Assembly: GCA_014905635.1 (NCBI GenBank)
Contig: JABVCE010000012.1
Location: forward strand, 744,001 to 808,000
Length of the DNA stretch: 64,000 bases
Direction: 5' to 3'
Origin: Scenedesmus sp. PABB004
Taxonomy: Eukaryota
The stretch's first letter is position 1. The number at the start of each line of letters is the position of its first letter. The notes under the pieces were generated by a model, which saw only the letters and a program-made list of their open reading frames with translations, did not search any database and was not told the origin of the DNA. The translations under genes were made by a program, and so were the position numbers. Below, piece by piece: positions 61,352-64,000 of this stretch.

Positions 61352-63004
61352 ATGACGAGACCGGAGGACAAGATAAAACGCCTCACGGAGGCGGTCGTGC
61401 GCCTGCGGCGGCAGGCGGCGGCGCTCGAGCTCGACGCGTCGTTCCACTCGTTCAAGCACGCCTACCTGCAGGTAAGCACCTCGTGCCGGGGACATGGCGG
61501 CGGGCGTTTTTGCGCCAGGCCGGCCGCGCGCCGCGCCGCGCCGCTGCTGCCGCGCCGCGGCGCTGCTGCCGCGGTGCGCCGCCACCCAGCCGCGGCGCTG
61601 CCGCTGCTGCCGCGGCGCCGCCAGGCCCTCTTGCAGTGGACCAGCGTCCGCACGGCGGTCGTGGCGGAGCAGGGCGGCTGCGTGCTCGCGGAGCAGGACG
61701 AGCTGGCGCTCGCGCTGCGCGCGCTGGAGCTGGGCGACGGCGCCGCGGCGCGGGAGGCGGCGGCCGGCGTCGCCGCCGGCGCCGCTGGCGCGGGGCCGCG
61801 GGGCGCGCCGAGCAGCGCGGGCGTGGATGAGCCGATCGACCCCACGCACGCGCCGTTTGCGCTGTTTGTGGAGATGACCTCGCCGGGCTACCCGCAGCCG
61901 CCGTACGCCTTGGACCCGACCGTCACCGCCGCGCAGGCGTGCGCGGTCCACCGCGCTGGCGTGGCCGAGCTCGCCACCGCGCTGCGCGCGCTCGAGCCGG
62001 ACGCCTGCGGCGGCGCGCCCGCGGCGGGCTCCACGGCGGCCGCGGCGTCGGCGGCGCGGCTGCGGGCGGCGGTGCGGCACGTGATGGTGCTGCCGATGGT
62101 GCTGTGCGACGGCGCGGTGCGGCGGCCCGACCTGGTGCTGAGCATGTGAGCGCGCCCGGGCGCAGGCGGGCGGGCGCGGGTGCAGCGGCGCAGGGGCGCC
62201 CCGGCCTGGCCCGGCCGCCCGCCCGCCCGCCTGACGCCGCCCGCCCGCCGCCGCGGCCGCCGCCCGCGACTGCGCCTGCCCCCGCGCGCCAGGTGCCTGC
62301 TCAACGTGGAGACCGGCGAGCAGCTGACCGGCGCGGAGCAGCTGGAGCGGCACGCCGCGATCCTCCCGCAGCTGCAGCTCGGACAGGCGCAGCGCCGGCG
62401 CATCGCCGCCAGCCAGCGCGTTTACAGCGAGCTGCGCGCCCCGATCGTGTCGGAGCTGCGCAGGCTGCAGGGCGAGCACGCGCCGGCGTCGCCGCGCTCC
62501 GCCGCGCCCGCCGGCGCGCCGCCCGCGCCGGACGGCTGCGGCGGCGGCGCGGCGTCGGGCGGCAGCAGCGAGAGCGCGCGCAGCGGCGGCGCGGGCGGCG
62601 CCGCCGCCGCCGACGGCGACGCGGGCATGCCCCGCCCCTTCGCGCACCGCGGCCAGCTGCACGCGGCGGCGTGGCGGCAGCGCCGCATCCGGCTGCTGCT
62701 GCACAAGGAGGCGATGCTGCGGTTTGTGCAGGCGATGTTTGTGTTTGGCTGTCTGACGTGGCGCCAGCTCGCCGCGCTGCTCGTGCTCAACGCACCCTAC
62801 ATGCCGAGCGGGCAGCTGATCGCGGTCATACTGGCGGAGCAGGTCGCCGCGGCGCAGGCGCGCGACGACGCCGTCGCGGAGGTCGCGCTGCGCAACGAGC
62901 TGCTGCGCCCCCAGGCCGACGCGCCGCCGCTGCAGCTGCTGCGCAACGGCGGCGTCAGCAAGCGGCCGCACGCCGCGCCGGCGGCACGCCGCCGCGGCGC
63001 CTGA
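61352..63004 (+). CDS. Hypothetical helical protein resembling the C-terminal part of green-algal bZIP-associated proteins (3 exons)
   Basis: N-terminal heptad-like stretch (IKRLTEAVVRLRRQAAALE), then LNVETGE...LQLGQAQRRRI...LTWRQLAALLVLNAPYMP. Introns at ~61472-61625 and ~62146-62292. Confidence 0.55.
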
Positions 63005-64000
63005 GCGGCGCGGCGGCTGCGCAGGCCTCTTTGCACCGCGCCGGCGGGCAGCACCGCGTGCACTGCGTGCTTTTCAAAGTTTTCAGAGTTGTGCTGCGTG
63101 CTCTCTGAGCATTGCGTGTTCAACGGCGCGAACGCTGCCGTCATTGATTGCGCGCCCACTCGGTGGTGGGTGCGCCAGAGGCACTGTTGGCAGCACTGTG
63201 TTGGCGGTGGCGTCTTGTGGCACAGGCGCGCGGCGCGCCAGCACCACCAACCCAGCACCAATCGACCATCATCCATCCACCGGCGGCCGGCAGCGCGTTT
63301 TGAACCCTGAGCCTCTGTGAGCGCGGGGGACCGATCGGTGTGATGCCCGCTGCAGCGGCGCATCCATGGTGCGAGGTCGATCTCTTGAGTGAGGATGATC
63401 CGGAATCGTTGGTTGAGGGTGGAGGAGACCCCTCCTCCAAATCGCGGTTGCGCACGTGGTGTGGACTGGCCTGGCGTGGCGAGGAGTCTGTCGTGGGCAT
63501 TGACTGTGTGTGTGGTGTGCGTCGGGCGGCTGCGGCCAACAATTGTTTGGCTGCGAACTGAGCTGAGCTGCCGACTGGGCCGCGCGGGCCCCCGCCCGGC
63601 GCCGGGCGGGGCGCCGGCGGAAGGCTGCAGAGGAAGGCGGCGCCGCCTGGGTGGGCCGCACGGGCCTGCGCTGCTGCTGGCCAGGGCGCGCGGCCAGAGC
63701 GCGGCGCGCCACGGCGGGGACAGCGGGCGCTGTGCGCGGTGCCGGCGAGGGGTGCGAGGGTTGCGAAGCGCTGCGGCGCCGCGATGGGAAGGTCACCAGT
63801 GCAATACGTTTACTTCAGTTCTTGGGGGCACGCGGAGTTGCCCCGAGCAGCTCCGTCACCGGCGGTGGTCTCAGAGAGAGCCCGAACTGCATAAAAGATG
63901 CATGAAAACAGCCACCGATGCCAAGGGAAGCTGGTTGGGTGCGAGCCAGGGGCAGAAGTTGAGGAGGGTCTCAGATCGCAGACCGCAGCACAGCTCAGCA

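Overview
Very GC-rich, intron-dense eukaryotic nuclear DNA. Gene content, codon style and intron donors (G|GTGCG) point to a chlorophyte green alga, probably Sphaeropleales; this is an inference. About 22 spliced genes could be rebuilt by eye: ATG2 (5'-truncated), a CCDC153/DRC12-like coiled-coil protein, a Popeye-domain membrane protein, an NPHP1 homologue, an MBD protein, a 16-exon nitrate reductase, an Sfp-type PPTase, an OPR-RAP protein, LSm6, a secreted 2xFN3 protein, a four-BRCT protein, a secreted eight-cysteine-motif (LTP-like) protein, a CBM-like/sucrose-phosphatase fusion, uS10m, EIF1AD, COX17, NDUFV2 and several hypothetical proteins. Most notable: (i) a ~1 kb inverted duplication (35776-36869 vs 46008-46973) brackets the BRCT and 8CM genes and carries a signal-peptide exon plus an intron1/intron2 chimera; (ii) a modular algal 8CM/LTP-like proprotein with a GRRL motif and 18-residue His repeats; (iii) about ten GC-AG introns; (iv) ciliary genes (NPHP1, DRC12-like). 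Many small frameshifts are most likely assembly errors. Most long ORFs in the supplied track are GC artefacts. All homology calls come from recalled motifs, not database searches.
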